DNA of 64,000 bases, taken from assembly GCF_001194135.2 (NCBI RefSeq), contig NC_068988.1, positions 77,319,926 to 77,383,925 on the forward strand. The letters are read 5' to 3'. The number at the start of each line of letters is the position of its first letter. Positions within the stretch are counted from its first letter, which is position 1. Below are positions 12,642 to 24,948 of this stretch, piece after piece. Position numbers and translations under genes: made by a program. The stretch is from Octopus bimaculoides (lineage: Eukaryota). The notes beneath the pieces were generated by a model. That model saw only the letters and a program-made list of their open reading frames with translations. It had not been told where the DNA came from and ran no database searches.

Positions 12642-12951
12642 CATGTGTGCGTGTGTATGTGTGTATATTTATATTTATATATACATATGCATGCATGTGT
12701 GCATGCACACACACACTTTCTGAATGTCGGTTGGTCTTGATGGACTCTAGACACAGAGGTCTTGAGATCATGAATATTGAATCAATGACGCACAAGCGCT
12801 ATTCACATTGAATATATACATGCGCATATCTATATACATACATATATACATGCATGCACGCATATACATACATACATACATACATACACACATTCATGCA
12901 TGCATGCATACATCCATGCATACATCCATACATACATCCATACATACATAC

Positions 12952-13071
12952 ATGATGGTAGCAGTTGACTCATGACCAAGTTTGACCACTTCTCAAGAAG
13001 TTCTAATGCATGAATTTTTTTGAGTAGATAAAGTGTTGCAAAGCACTGAGCCCACTTTTCACTGCCATCAG
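12952..13071 (-). other. Candidate coding exon of an unidentified host gene
   Basis: TTTTATAG acceptor and GTATGT donor. 120 nt, phase 1/1, open as DGSEKWAQCFATLYLLKKIHALELLEKWSNLVMSQLLPS. The donor comes from a (TACA)n tract, so it may be chance. Confidence 0.25.
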
Positions 13072-13813
13072 CTATAAAACCAGAGGCACAGCAGCAAAGA
13101 TTTAGATACCCAAAAAACAAATTCACTTTTAGCTGGGACCCTGACAGAGTAGACTTTGGAAAAAATAGTGGCTAAGAGGTGGTTCCACACTCCTCAAAAC
13201 TGTAGAACCCCCAAAGAAGTGCCCCACAACTGGATGCAGTTTAAAGTCATACTCAGGACATAAATGTGTGTGTTGGTGTGTGTGTTTTTCATGCATATGT
13301 GCACAGAAATGTAGATTTTAGGTGAATATGTATTGGTAAAGAGTATAAAATCAATGAGAAAACTTCAGCAAAAGGTCTCTTGTAACAATTGGTTCTACAC
13401 CAAATAGAGGACACTCTCTTGCCACTCTTGGTATGAGAAACACAAGAGAAATAGTGCTTAGTACTTTACAAAACCTGTAACAAACAACAATATATGTCAC
13501 AAAATTCAATATTAAAACAAAACATATATCAATAAAAAATATAGAACTGTTTCAGAGGAAGAAAATGAAGCAATAAAAGCTATGGTCTTGAAGAAATGTA
13601 ATTCTTTTGTCTTCATTGCAATACAAATATTCACACCAAATAGATGTGTTAGGGGAAAAATCCAATTTTCTTAGCAATATATTTCTATCTAATCTTGTAT
13701 ATTTCTCACATGATTATAAAACAGCACAGACACATGCAACACACAGACACATGCAACACACAAACACCACCATACATACACACATATGTATATACACGGA
13801 AGCACATTAACAT

Positions 13814-14043
13814 ATGTATGTACATGCACATATACATAAATATTCCACAAGAATATGCGTGAGAGTGTGTGTATATGTTTGTGCATACCTGTATATGTGC
13901 AAACACACTTATATATGTTTCTCTGTAAACATACATGCACACATACACGGGTGTATGTGTGTATATTTATATATATATACATATGTATACATGTGTAAAT
14001 ATATGTACATGTATTTATATATATATAAATATATATGTATATA

Positions 14044-14106
<63 letters not shown>

Positions 14107-14215
14107 NNNNNNNNNNATATATATATACATGTGTGTGTGTGTGTGTGTGTGTAAGTGTATATATATATGTTTGCATATATATGTATATATATATATATAT
14201 ATGTATATTAACAGT
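13814..14215. repeat. (TA)n/(CA)n/(TG)n low-complexity tract
   Basis: Read directly. Confidence 0.9.
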
Positions 14216-14311
14216 AATGGCATGACAACAAAAGAATGAATGAGACCACAATATTATGTAAATAGAGGAATTTTTCTGTAATATAATATGTGACAATTAT
14301 TCGGTTGCCAT

Positions 14312-14372
14312 AATAAAACTCCAAGTTTCGGATGTCAGGGCAGAAATCTGCTCTGGCATCTCGTCAGTTATT
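14312..14372 (-). ncRNA. Type I hammerhead ribozyme fold, core intact
   Basis: AAUAA-CUGACGA-[GAUG..CAUC stem II, extra C]-GAAAC-UUGGA-GUU/UUAUU. Confidence 0.65.
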
Positions 14373-14406
14373 AAGACATCATTTTCATAGCATATTTTGA
14401 TGTCTT

Positions 14407-14467
14407 AATAACTGAAGAGATGCTGGAGCAGGTTTCCACCCCAACATCCGAAACTCAGAATTTTATT
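14407..14467 (+). ncRNA. Type I hammerhead ribozyme fold (G16.2A variant)
   Basis: AAUAA-CUGAAGA-GAUGCUGG..CCAACAUC-C-GAAAC-UCAGA-AUU/UUAUU. Confidence 0.55.
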
Positions 14468-14485
14468 ATGGCAACCGAATAATTG

Positions 14486-14672
14486 CCGGGCGAAATGCTT
14501 AGCAGTATTTCATCTGCCACTACATTCTGAGATCAAGTTCTGCTGAGGTCGACTTTGCCTTTCATCCTTTTGGGGTCGCTTAAATAAGTACTATTTATGC
14601 ACTGGGATCGATTTAATCGACTATCCTCCTCCCCCAAAAGTTCAGGCCTTGTGCCTATAGTAAGAAAGGATT
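14486..14672 (+). mobile_element. Second SINE family, 5'-truncated
   Basis: CCGGGCGAAATGCTTAGC..TTCTGAGATCAAGTTCTGCTGAGGTCGACTTTGCCTTTCATCC..TAAATAAGTAC, with a B-box-like segment. Family recognised from memory only. Confidence 0.6.
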
Positions 14673-15249
14673 ATTTGATTAGAAAAAGAATTTAGTTTAT
14701 TCAAAAAGTATTTTACTTGATTAGCAGTAATTTTAATGTTTGGTGTTTATTTTAATTTGCTTAAAGAATGTTTTAATTTGTACTTGAAAAAAGAGTATAA
14801 AAGAAAGTCAAAGAAGCTGAAAGAGCCGTTGACCAGATAAAGGATCGATAAAGAACTAAGGAACACTTCTGTTAACAAGGAAGAGGATGAATTAAATTTA
14901 CTTTATAGAGAATCATTGGGAGCTTTTGAAATACAGCCTGCTATATAAGGGTCAAGATTCTAGCTAGATGAAAGGGGAGTTGATGGCAGAATGGTAGAAA
15001 ATATAAAGCAATAAAATCTAAGACATATATGTAAAGAATTATATCTAGTATCTAGAACTAGATATCAAGTATGGATATCAATGAGAGAAACTGAAAGTTA
15101 GTGCTTTATTTATTTTTATTTACTTTTATTTATTTATTTATTCATTTGAGATGATTTCTTTTTACTTGCTGGGAGAGAAACCCATGATTCTTGCAAGCTG
15201 TACTAGATTGGAGGACAAGGGTATGAAAGCATCAAAACAATTATAGCAC

Positions 15250-15740
15250 AACTGCAAAGGTATCGAACTAATGAATCAGGTTATGAAAATAACAAAAAGA
15301 TTAAAATACAACTGACTTTCAAAAAAATTAACTTAGATAAGATGCAGTCCAGGTTTGGGCAGGGAAACTGTCTTCCTAGTGAGACAACCACTAAAGTAAT
15401 TCTCAGCCAAGGTTCTTATACTTAGCATTTGTTGGCTAAAAGAAGGCCTTTGACAGAGTCTTACACTCTGTCGTGTGGTAATCACTATGGAAACTAGGTT
15501 TAGATTAATGATTAGTGAGAGCTACATACAGAGATGATGTCAGCAAGGTAAGAGTTGGTAATGAGTTCAGTGAAGAATTTAATGTGCAGGTAGGTGTCTT
15601 TCAGAGCTTGGTTCTAAAGTTCTTTTGGATATACCAAAGGATTTTAAGACTGTTTATCAGTAAAAATTCCTGTTTGCTGATGACCTAGTTCTTATAGCTT
15701 AATTTGTGGAAGAATTACAGAAAGAATTCCAGTATATTTA
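15250..15740 (+). pseudogene. Old RTE-X-like RT remnant
   Basis: Remnants KGIELMNQVMKI, YLAFV..KAFDRV and LFADDLVLIA. Confidence 0.6.
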
Positions 15741-16168
15741 TGGCAGATATTTGTTAACCTCAGAAGACATAAAATAAAATGAACTCCAGCAGAATTTGAA
15801 TTCACATTCTAAAAGAATGTAACCCTCTTAAATATGAGATCTCCTGTCTCTGTCTTTCTCTCATACTCTCACAGATTATCATGATAGATATTACAATTCA
15901 CAATACTTGAAATTCATTTATTTTTCTAACATTTCCAAGCATATAAATGATATTCTAGCATGATCTTAGTCATGGTAACAACAAAATAACAAAAAAAAAC
16001 CAAAACAATTTAAGGCCACCCAAATAACAGTGCATGCAACACACACACACACACACACACACAACAATAGCTGTGTTTTGTGTGTATCATTACCTGAATC
16101 ATATTTGGTATACTTTTATCTGATTTTCATGTAAGATCAACTATCTGTATCTATTTCTATGGCTAAAT

Positions 16169-16173
<5 letters not shown>

Positions 16174-16261
<88 letters not shown>
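16174..16261. repeat. (GA)n microsatellite
   Basis: Read directly. Confidence 0.95.
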
Positions 16262-16262
<1 letters not shown>

Positions 16263-17128
16263 TAATGTGCAGATGTGAATGTATACATGAATATATATGA
16301 GAATTATTCTATAATATTTCTAGAAACCTTTAAAGGTAAAAAAAAGACGGTAAAGCAAATGCCATGAGATTCCCATCTCAGATTTGTCTCTTTCCTTCCT
16401 AATACCAAGAGTTTACTATTTCAGTATAAGCCATATGTCTTCATGCTGCTAGCTAGCTCTGTTTGCAAGGTGTTCAAGTGTCCTCTGGACTGATATTTAT
16501 ATACAACATGAATCAGTGATTTATACAGAAATAAAATCTGATTTTACACCTTGCCTTGTGATGTTTCTGTGTTGCTTCAAACTAAACTATTACTGTGTCA
16601 GTATTTGTTTGAATGTAAAATCTAGCCATAATCTCTGTATCATAATAATATAGTTTACATGTACAAGATATATAATGTAACCTTCTATAAATCTGTTCCA
16701 CATCAAAGAATTACTAGGTAGTGGTCTCAACAAAACTACAATTTCACATGCCATACATCAAATTCTTATTGTCTATTGTTTCAACAACTAAATCATATTG
16801 TATTCTTTTAGACTTTTATTCTCTTCTTCCTTCAGTCATTATACTGTGGCCATGTTGGAGTACTCGCCTCAAGGCTTTTAGTCAATTAAATCAACCCAAT
16901 ACTTTGTATGACGATATTTATTATATCAACCTCAGAAAAAGAAAGAAGACTAAGAAAACTGTGCATAGATGGATATAACTGAGATGGAACAAAATGCACT
17001 TATAATCTTTTCATTGAGTTCCTGCAGGAAATTCAATGAGAAGTTTACAGATGTGTAATGAAAATTTTTGATATATAATAATATGTTAAAAGAGATGTTG
17101 TACTTAGGAATGTTTATTCTCTCAATAA

Positions 17129-17160
<32 letters not shown>

Positions 17161-17553
17161 ATGAGCGCACACACATGAAATAGTTGTAGCTTCTTTGTTA
17201 ATTGATTTGTTAATTTCTTTCGGTATATATCTGTAAACTTCTTTTTGTATTCCCTCCAGGAAACTCAATGAAAAGGATATAGATGTATTTCAGTCTTTCC
17301 TTTCACACTTGGTTGACTTGGTCTTTCTCCCTCCTCTGATATTTCCGAGACCAAGTATTGGGTTGTTATAATTATTTAAAGCTTCGAGAATAGTGCCACA
17401 GCATGGTCAATGTCTAATGACTGAAACTAGTAACAGAATAAAGGATGAAAAGAATACAATAGGATTGGGTTGTTGATGCAAAAGACAATAAGAATTTAAA
17501 GTATGGTATGTAAAATACATCAAGTAATTATACACACACAGACACACACACAC

Positions 17554-17589
<36 letters not shown>

Positions 17590-17869
17590 GGGAGAGAGAG
17601 ACAGACTGACAGATGTCTATTCTTTCCCCACCCAGTTCAACCTTTTGTATCACTTCACCCATATTCTCTCCCACTGTGTCTTGAGAGTATGTGCTGACAC
17701 ATATCCATCTCCTTTTCTCCCAATCTCCATCTCTATCCTTTCTCTCTAAGTTTCCTTCTCCTTTCTTCTCCAACTGGGATATCCTTGTATCTCTTCTATG
17801 GCAAGACAGCTATCTCTATTCTTTTAACTTCTCATCAGCTGGCACATTCCTCAATACTATTTACCCCAC

Positions 17870-18090
17870 TCAAGGGGACTCTGTCCTGTCTTGCAAGTTA
17901 CTTGGTGACCCCACCAATGCTAGCACAATGAAAAAAGCACCCAATATACTCTGTAAAGTGGTTGGCATTAGGAAGAGCAAACAACCATAGAAACCATGCC
18001 AAAACAGACAATAGTACTTGGCATTGCCCTCTGGCTTGTCAACTCCTGTCAAACTATGTCAGCATGGAGATCAAAAGTTAAATGATGATG
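17870..18090 (+). mobile_element. RTE-X-like 3' UTR fragment
   Basis: TACTTGGTGACC...CTGTAAAGTGGTTGGCATTAGGAAG...GTTAAATGATGATG. Confidence 0.7.
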
Positions 18091-18165
18091 AATGAATTAG
18101 TTGCCAATAAGTCAGGATGAAAACACATTCTAAATGAGAAATACAGGGGTTGCCCTACTGCAGAC

Positions 18166-18211
18166 CTAATTAATACAGTCTCTTTCCACCAGCCTTGTAT
18201 TTTTCTACTTG
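18166..18211 (-). other. Candidate 46-nt exon encoding an IQ-like motif (SRKIQGWWKETVLIR)
   Basis: Poly-T..ACAG acceptor and AG/GTCTGC donor; only one frame is open. No homologue recognised. Confidence 0.25.
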
Positions 18212-18359
18212 CTGTGTTTTAAAAAAAAAAACCTTGTAAAGAGTGTCAGTATGAGGAGAATTTTGAATGTATCCTCAAATAAAATGTTTTTAATGCAGCA
18301 GTCCTCTGTCACAACAATCCTCTTTTAGACCCCAAGAGAGACACAATGTAATGTTTAAT

Positions 18360-18456
18360 AGCTACATATGGCAATTTAAAAAAGGAAGAAATTCCACCCA
18401 AAATCAATTGGAAACTGCTGGAACAGTCTACACCATATATGAATGAAAATAGTTGT
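18360..18456 (+). pseudogene. Degenerate Penelope-type GIY-YIG fragment
   Basis: SYIWQFKK..INWKLLEQSTPYMNENSC resembles SHIWSLKD..IHWEILAKCKPFINGSGKC in ORF 60526..61074. Confidence 0.4.
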
Positions 18457-19444
18457 TTGGCTGTCCATCAGGATGTTTTCTTTTAAACTACAGCTTGTTT
18501 GCCAATATTTCAATCTATTTACCATTTGTTATAATGGTATCAATTATTGCCCACATAATAATTTCAAATAGAAGTGCACAAAGAGTGTTCAGGCAAATAT
18601 ATAAAACCCTACGACTGATTATTATTTAGTGACCTCAGAAAGGAGGATGGGTAAGCTCAACTTGGCATTCTTTGAACTCACAATGTAAAGTTATGCAACT
18701 AAAGATATGCAAAGTAACTGTCTACTGTTTTACTCACACTCTCAATCCATCTCTAAGTGTTATGTGGAAGCAGGCCAAATTAGGATTAACCTAGTTCTGG
18801 TAATACAGACTGGTGGTTGGTAGAAATTATACCATTCTCAGAACAACTATAACTGTAGCATTATCAATGGAACAAATTAAATATCAAGCTCATTTTAAGT
18901 AAATATTTATCCAGAAACATTTACATTATCCAAAAGTAATATTTTATAGTTATTCATTCTTTTAACTTCCTCTTTATAGAAAATATATTTTAGAATCTTT
19001 AGATCTACAATGTTCAAATTGGTTTCATCTTTGGTGTCTGATTCTTTAGTTCATATATCCATACTGGTTTGAAAATTAAAAACCTTGTGTAGGGATTCAA
19101 AACCCAACCATGAAATAATCAGTTTGTAATCATGAACATGCCTCTACAGTTTCATAGGATTCATCTATAAATCAACCAATCTGCATGAAGCTGTGTTGTC
19201 ATACAACATCTCAAATATTCTAAAATTCATGTCCTTTTACCTTAGTTAAACAGTTTGGCACCTAACACACAACAGACTACTTTGGGCACTCAAGTAAGGT
19301 AAACTGCAATTAGCTCTCACCCAAGACAGGTTACAAGATACCACAGCAAGCCTTCAACAAGACACAGCACAGTTCTCTTCCCCAAGCTTTAACAATGTCA
19401 GGTAGTTATTGTATCTGCATTTTTCTTTTCCAGATAGCTTATGT

Positions 19445-19666
19445 TTAATCCTTTTGATACCAACCTGGCTAAAACCGCCTCTGGCTCTGTAGTGCAAATG
19501 TCATATTTTCAAAAGTTCAGAATTAAAATCTTCCAACAAACCTTAGTCATAATGTATGTTCCTAACACTAGCATGATGATATCAAATTTTACTAAATTCT
19601 TTGTAATATTTAAAATTAATTGAAGCACAGAGTATTTCAACAGAAATATGGTAACAAAGGGGTTAA
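19445..19666. mobile_element. piggyBac-like MITE
   Basis: TTAA at 19445-19448 and 19663-19666 flank imperfect TIRs TCCTTTTGATACC / GGTAACAAAGGGG. Element is 214 bp. Confidence 0.7.
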
Positions 19667-20019
19667 GCCAACACAGTAAATCTTTCTATCAATAAATACT
19701 ATTGAACATTCATGAGTTTGCTTCATTTACAGTATATGCAGCCAGCCAGAACCACAATGGTCTTTAACAAGTACCACAGCAATAAGGGATAGGACAAAGT
19801 ATTGAAGGTTGATCTCAAAGTGCTGAGCCTTACAAAAGAGGTGACAGAGAACTCAAGACATGTAACACATTGCTATGCTCAGGAAGTCCTGTTCACCACA
19901 GCAGAATAGATATCAAGATGTCACATAAAAAGCATTGGTGTTGGTGCTACTGCTACATAAAAACACTGATACTGGTATCATGTAAAAAGCACAATTGCTG
20001 GTGCCACATAAAAACTACA

Positions 20020-21360
20020 GGTGTGGAAGCAGGGACTAGAATCAAAGAGCCTTAGAGTCAACCTAGCTAAAACCAAAATCCTTATAAGTAGGAAGGTAGA
20101 CAAAAACACAAACACCTCCAGGTAGATGGCCCTGCTCGATCTGTAGAAAAGGTGTAGGCAGAAACTCTATAAGATGCACCAAGTGCAAGCTTTGGACACA
20201 TAAGAGGTGCAGCAATATCAATGGAAGGTTAACTAGGAAGTTAGTTTTTGTATGTAACAGATGTTCAGGAGCAATAAACACTGTGAATGTGCAGAAAACA
20301 ACTTCTGCCACATTCCAGGGAGGAAAACTAAACATAGTTGATAGCTTCCGCTATCTAGGTGACCAAGTAAGTAGTGAGTGGGGGTGTGCTGAAAATGTAG
20401 CTGCTAGAATAGGAATAGCCTGGGCAAAGTTCAGATAGCTCTTACCTCTGCTGGTGAAAAAGGGCCTCTCGCTCAGAGTAAAAGGTAGACTGTATGACGC
20501 ATGTGTATGAACAGCCATGCTACATGGCAGTGAAACATGGGCTGTGACTGCTGAGGACATACGTAAGATCACAAGGAATGAAGCCAGTATGCTCCGATGG
20601 ATGAGTAATGGATGAGTAATGTCAGTGTGCATACTAGTCAGAGCGTAAGTACCTTGAGAGAAAAGTTGAACCTCAGAAGCATCAGTTGTGGTGTGCAAGA
20701 GAGACGATTGCGCTGGTATGGTCATGTGGCGAGAATGGATGCCGATAGCTGTGTGAAAAAGTGCCACTCCCTAGCAGTTGAGGGNNNNNNNNNNNNNNNN
20801 NNNNNNNNNNNNNNNNNNNNNNNNNNNNNNNNNNNNNNNNNNNNNNNNNNNNNNNNNNNNNNNNNNNNNNNNNNNNNNNNNNNNNNNNNNNNNNNNNNNN
20901 NNNNNNNNNNNNNNNNNNNNNNNNNNNNNNNNNNNNNNNNNNNNNNNNNNNNNNNNNNNNNNNNNNNNNNNNNNNNNNNNNNNNNNNNNNNNNNNNNNNN
21001 NNNNNNNNNNNNNNNNNNNNNNNNNNNNNNNNNNNATTATGCTGTGCGTGAGAAGACCCGGCAAGCCAAGTGAGATCTAAATCCAAGGCCTCCACCAGGG
21101 GTGTAGCCAGCCCACTTATGCGTACCTTCTTTCATTGGACACAAAACTCCACTTGCGAAGACCTGTTGAGGCAAGTGAAATTGGAATCGAACTAAATTCG
21201 ACAACTGGCACCCATGCCAACGTCGCCTCCTTCATTGGACTCAAAACTCGGCTTGTGAAGACCTGTTGGGGCAAGCGAAAGCGAAATCATGATGGCACCT
21301 GTGCCCAGCGTTGCCTTCCTGGCACTTGTGCCGGTGGCACATGAAAAGACATTCGAGCGA
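20020..21360 (+). mobile_element. RTE-X-like LINE 3' portion (PHD finger, RT C-terminus, 3' UTR)
   Basis: NLAKTKI, GRWPCSIC..CTKCKLWTHKRC..CNRC, SFRYLGDQ, LHGSETW, RLRWYGHVARM and YAVREKTRQAK*. Confidence 0.9.
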
Positions 21361-21829
21361 GATCCTCCAAATTAAAGGACAAAATATAATTCAACTTTTT
21401 CACATATATAAATTCACTGCAATTAGCATGGAGAAAATTTTCTCTCTGTCCAGTGTCACCACCTGCCAGGATTCCCAGACATTGATGTTTCTAGCTCCTT
21501 AGCCTAAGAGAGGCAACTCTGGACAGAGCTTATCATAGGTATAGCTTTGACTAAAATACAATCTGTGACATTGACTGATTTGCACCAGAAGGAATGCCAG
21601 GTCATGGAAATATATCATAGGTGTATTTTAACTAACCACTGTTTGGCACTAACATTACAGTATGTATGTAGATATATATATATATATATATATACGTAAA
21701 TATGTGTCTGTGTGTACATGCATGTATGTGTATGTATATATACATACATCTATATACTTATATTTCTAATTATATTCTCTCTCTCTCATAGATACATATA
21801 TATATATATATATATATNNNNNNNNNNAG

Positions 21830-22540
21830 AAGAAAAAGCAGAACCAAGGCAAAATGAGTATCTCAAGTCATTTAGAATAATTTAATTGGAGTAAGGTGAA
21901 TTTGAAGTCTTACAGCTGTTTCTGGGATAACCGAAGTGGTTGGTTAGCATGTCCATGCACTGGGTATGAATATTTTAGATGGGAAAAATTTAGTTTACAA
22001 GGAATAAAATTTACAGTTTATAAGGAATAAAATAAAAGAATAAAATAGTAAAATAGAAGAATAAGGAGTAAAAGTAGTTAGAAGAATATAGGTAGGAAAA
22101 TAATATTCCCAACTCATCTTTTTCCAGAGGATATGGATGTTGGTCACTACTTCTATGAGGGTACAGGATTTAGTCAAAATTTAACCAATTTTAACTAAAA
22201 TCCTGTACTCTCATGGAAATACTGACCAACAACCATATCCTCTGAAAAAAGATGAGTTGGGAATATTATTTTCCTACCTATATTCTTCTAACTACTTTTA
22301 CTCCTTTTTCTTCTATTTTACTATTTTATTCTTTTATTTTATTCCTTATAAACTGTAAATTTTATTCCTTGTAAACTAAATTTTTCCCATCTAAAATATT
22401 CATACCCAGTGCATGGACATGCTAACCAACCACTTCGGTTATCCCAGAAACAGCTGTAAGACTTCAAATTCACCTTATCCTAATTAAATTATTCTAAATG
22501 ACTTGAGGTACTCGTTCTGACTTGGCTTTGATTTTTTCTT
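21830..22540. repeat. About 710-bp palindrome, probably from a PLE terminal repeat
   Basis: About 350-bp inverted arms with the 5-nt spacer TAACC (22182-22186). Each arm carries GAAACAGCTGTA, and (TA)-rich tracts lie on both sides. Confidence 0.9.
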
Positions 22541-22899
22541 TAATATGATATAATATAATATATATATATGTGTGTGTGTGTTGTTGTTGTTGTTGCATGT
22601 TCCTTTTTGAGCTAAGCCTGGCTCACAAGGGCCAGTTTTCTGGTTTCATTGACGTATAGCTTCGTCTTCCACTAGTAAACATCAGTAAAATCTAATTTCA
22701 AGAATAATTTTCTACCGTTTAATTTCGAGATTTCCTCTGGGCTAGGTAATGTGTAGTTATACAGTCTTAAACAATTGTTTAGTTCCATTGAGAAATCTGC
22801 ACATACACGAATTTTATTGTTCTTTTATTTTTTATATACACGGGTGGAGACATTCAATGTGAATAGTTGGTCTTTTCAGCCACTTCCATTTTTTCCAGC

Positions 22900-24663
22900 C
22901 TGTCTAATTCTTTATTTACATGTTCCAGTGCTGTAAACATTACGTTTGAGTTTGAAAGCTGGTAATGCATTTTCTTTAACCTGAAATTTGGCTTTGAATT
23001 TATTGCACTGACCCAACTCGTCCGAGAAAACATCAGGGAACAACTTTTTCAGTTCTTTTAAAAAATTTTCTGACTCTATTTTAGAACTGATGCATGACCC
23101 CATTACATTTTTACAAAAATTATTTATGGGTAAATCCCATAAGTTGAACACTTCCCTCCAGTCATTTCCAAAAAGGTTGCTTGTAATTCTTAATGCATAA
23201 ACTTTCACTTTTATAGTTTTACTGCAGAATGTAATGTTGCAGATAATTTCACCTTTAAAAATTAATCTAATCCCGAGACTCCATATGCAATCTTCGAGGT
23301 TTCCCGATTGTGTTTCCATGTATTTCCTGATTGTTTTCCATGTATTTTCATTAACTAAAGTAAGGTCATTACCTGTATCTAACTGTAATTTTACATTCGT
23401 GTTATTAATTTTTACATACAGAAATTTCCTTTGAGTCTCGTTTGTATTTCTTGTCACCGATAAACTGTTTTGACCTATCTTACCACACATGAAACATTTT
23501 CAACTTTTATAAGGACAGACGAATCTGGAGCATAATTCTCCACATGCAAAACATGGGTTAATTTTCTGCTTTTCATTTCTTACTTTCGGTCGCACTGGCT
23601 GTGTATGAGAGCAGTTTCTCAATCAATTTGTTCTATATCGTGCCTTAGGTTGATTATTCTCTGGCATTCCTCGGATATTTCTTGTAGTGTAAGCTTCTGA
23701 TTCTGTTCTAATTTTGTCCAAATTCGGTTAAGAATTTCCACATCTTTCTTTGCTGTTAAACTTGGCATGAAAATTAAGCATTTAAAAAAATCTGGTTTTA
23801 GTTCATAATTTTAAATCTCACGCATTCTCTATTAACAATTCCAGCGTATGTAATAAAATTTTCAACCTCTTTTTTTTTGTAATATTCATGCATCACCAGC
23901 ACATATTAAATAAAGAGATTTTTCTTTTTTGCTAAAAATCTTTGATAGAATGTTCACCTTTATTTCAAAACAGACTTCACCCGTTTTTTATTTTTTTTTG
24001 ACAATATGCAATTTCAATATTTCTCGTGCTTGGCTGGTGCCAGCTTTCTCAACAAAAGTCGAGTTTTTTCTCATCGTGCCATTCTTTTCTAACAATTTCC
24101 TCATACCTTCTAAAGTAAGCAGAGACGGTAGTACCATCCTCTGGTTAAGTCTGCGACAGTGTTGGGGTGAACAAACTTGATGTATTTTCTGTTTTCTTCT
24201 GTATCATCTATACTAATAGTTGGTGTTGCTTCTGAAATTCCAACAACTGTTGTTGTTGTTTCTGTAATTCAATCACCAATGCTAGTAAACCTGCCATGTT
24301 CAGGCAAAAATCGGTCCACCATGAGCTTCGAGTAATCTCATTGCCAAAAATGTTATGTTATGACGTGGGTATACATGTCTGGTGAAAAACACAAATAAAT
24401 GGTTGGTTGTGGTTATCTAAAAATAGCCTATCGCAGAAAAATATGTTAACATAGAGTGCACTCCGTACTACTTGAATGTAAGTACGATACTCATGATTTA
24501 CTGTTCAAGTACCGACTGTTACATGTCGAACTAACATGGTTAATCAAGACGGATGAACTAACACCGTCAACTACGCCCATTGACAGTTCACTCAGTTCTT
24601 ATTTATTGTAACTGGTTAGTCCACCTTCAGTCATATGGGGATGTTCAGGATTCTCCCATAACA
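22900..24663 (-). mobile_element. Ty3/Gypsy (Mag-like) LTR retrotransposon, 5' part: LTR-PBS-gag-protease
   Basis: Tandem degenerate CCHC knuckles (CFACGELCSRFVC / CFMCGKIG), protease LQLDTG, LFGNDW and FPDVFSDELG. PBS TGGCAATGAG at 24346-24337. Truncated before RT. Confidence 0.85.
24351..24663 (-). repeat. 5' LTR of the Mag-like element (313 bp)
   Basis: The minus strand starts TGTTA and ends TAACA just before the PBS, with an internal AATAAA. Confidence 0.65.
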
Positions 24664-24714
24664 CCATCCAAGCAGGCCAGCATCGAAAATGGACATTAAA
24701 TGATGATGATGATG

Positions 24715-24870
24715 ACGGGCTTTTTTCAATCTCTGTCTACCAAATCCATTCACAAAGCTTTGGTCAGCCTGAGGCTATAGAAGAAGACACTTGTGCAAGG
24801 TGCAATGTAGTGGGACTGACCCTGGAACCACGTTGTTGAGAAGTAAGCTTCTTACCAGACAGCCATGCGT
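24715..24870 (-). mobile_element. CORE-like SINE, 5' half
   Basis: Reverse complement of 57900-58050. Confidence 0.8.
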
Positions 24871-24911
24871 ACATAGATATATGTATGCATATACATATAT
24901 ATATAGATAGG

Positions 24912-24948
<37 letters not shown>

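Larger units (their letters stand above)
14290..14485. mobile_element. Palindromic mini-derivative of the Penelope-like terminal repeat
   Basis: About 88-bp inverted arms with a 16-nt spacer (14382-14397). Same family as the ends of the element at 59774-61466. Confidence 0.85.
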
